DNA of 64,000 bases from Chrysomallon squamiferum (lineage: Eukaryota > Animalia > Mollusca), in contig CM022678.1 in the NCBI GenBank assembly GCA_012295275.1, forward strand, positions 12,772,001 to 12,836,000, given 5' to 3'. The notes under the pieces were generated by a model. That model was given only the letters and a program-made list of their open reading frames with translations. It searched no databases and was not told where the DNA came from. Made by a program: the position numbers and the translations under genes. Positions 63,001 through 64,000 of the stretch are shown here, piece after piece; the first letter of the stretch is position 1; every line of letters starts with the position of its first letter.

Positions 63001-64000
63001 GCAGCTTAACAAATCGTCTGAAAGTCACTTATTGTCCTTACAAATAAACTTGTTAATAATACATATTCCCGAGACTATTGTATCATCCATCAAGCTAAAC
63101 TGGTTAATAATATTACATCCGGCAGTCACGTATCATACTTCCAAATAAACCTTTTAATAATACATATTCCTGACAGTCACGTATCATTCTTCAAGCTAAA
63201 CTGGTTAATAATATTATATCTGACAGTCACCTATCATACCTCCAAATAAACTTGTTAATAATACAAATTCCTGACAGTCAAGTATTATCCTTCCCGCTAA
63301 ACTGGTTAATAATCTTACAGCTGACAGTCACGAATCATCCTAGCAGCTTAACTGGTTAATAAATCGTCAGAAAGTCACCTATCATCCTTCCAAATAAACT
63401 TCTTAATAATACATTTTCCTGACAGTCACGTATCATACTTCCAGCAAAACTGGTTAGTAATATATCTGACAGTCACGTATCATCCTTCCCGCTAAACTGG
63501 TTAATAATCTTACAGCTGACAGTCACGAATCATCCTAGCAGCTTAACTGGTTAATAAATCGTCTGATAGTCACGTATTGTCCTTACAAATAAACGTTTTA
63601 ATAATACATATTCCTGACAGCAAAACTGGTTAATAATAATACATCTGACAGTAACGTATCATACTTCGAAATTCGCTTGTTAATAATACATCTTCCCGAC
63701 AATCACGGATCATCCTTCCCTCTCAACTGATTAATATTAAATCATCTGACAGTTACGTTTCATCCTTCCAAATAAACTTGTTAATAATACATATTCCTGA
63801 CAGTCATATATCATCCTTCCCGCTAAACTGGTTAATAATAATACATCTGACAGTCACCTATCGTCCTTCCAAATAAACTTGTTAATAATACATATTCCTG
63901 ACAGTCACGTATCATACTTCCATCAAAACTGCTTAATAATAATACATCTGATACCTACGTATCAACCTTCCAAATAAACTTGTTAATAATATCTATTCCT
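60066..64000. repeat. Satellite array, about 50-51 bp unit, in the tetraspanin intron; runs off the window
   Basis: Consensus TTAATAATACATATTCCTGACAGTCACGTATCATCCTTCCAAATAAACTTG. A 304-bp six-unit block is duplicated (ccggacagtc at 61657 and 61961). Confidence 0.97.

Noticed and set aside
60066-64000. CRISPR-like regular array
   Set aside because: Units are contiguous with no unique spacers, there are no cas genes, and the context is a eukaryotic intron. It is a satellite.

Overview
AT-rich, intron-containing animal genomic DNA, not prokaryotic. The dense microsatellites and tandem C2H2 zinc-finger genes suggest a mollusc, probably an octopod cephalopod; this is inference only. I built gene models by hand from GT-AG junctions with consistent phases. 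(1) PHTF, minus strand, 17 coding exons, about 1014 aa. (2) A UBA-domain peptidyl-tRNA hydrolase 2, plus strand, 5 exons, 210 aa, head-to-head with PHTF. (3) PAS kinase (PASK), minus strand, 20 exons, about 1273 aa. (4) An approximately 6 kb tandem duplication that copied PASK exon 1, its promoter and a C2H2-ZNF gene; one ZNF copy is frameshifted and the other is intact with 10 fingers. (5) The last three exons of a tetraspanin, minus strand, with a >3.9 kb satellite in the upstream intron. Other elements are a TA-flanked Tc1/mariner-type MITE, a decayed Tc1 transposase, a dispersed repeat and several minisatellites. The most unusual pattern is that several intronic tandem repeats are copies of the splice junction itself (a donor or acceptor plus a few exon bases), stacked into the intron. 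In two cases the unit is a stop-free multiple of 3 (54 bp in PTRH2, 63 bp in PHTF), giving ladders of in-frame alternative acceptors.
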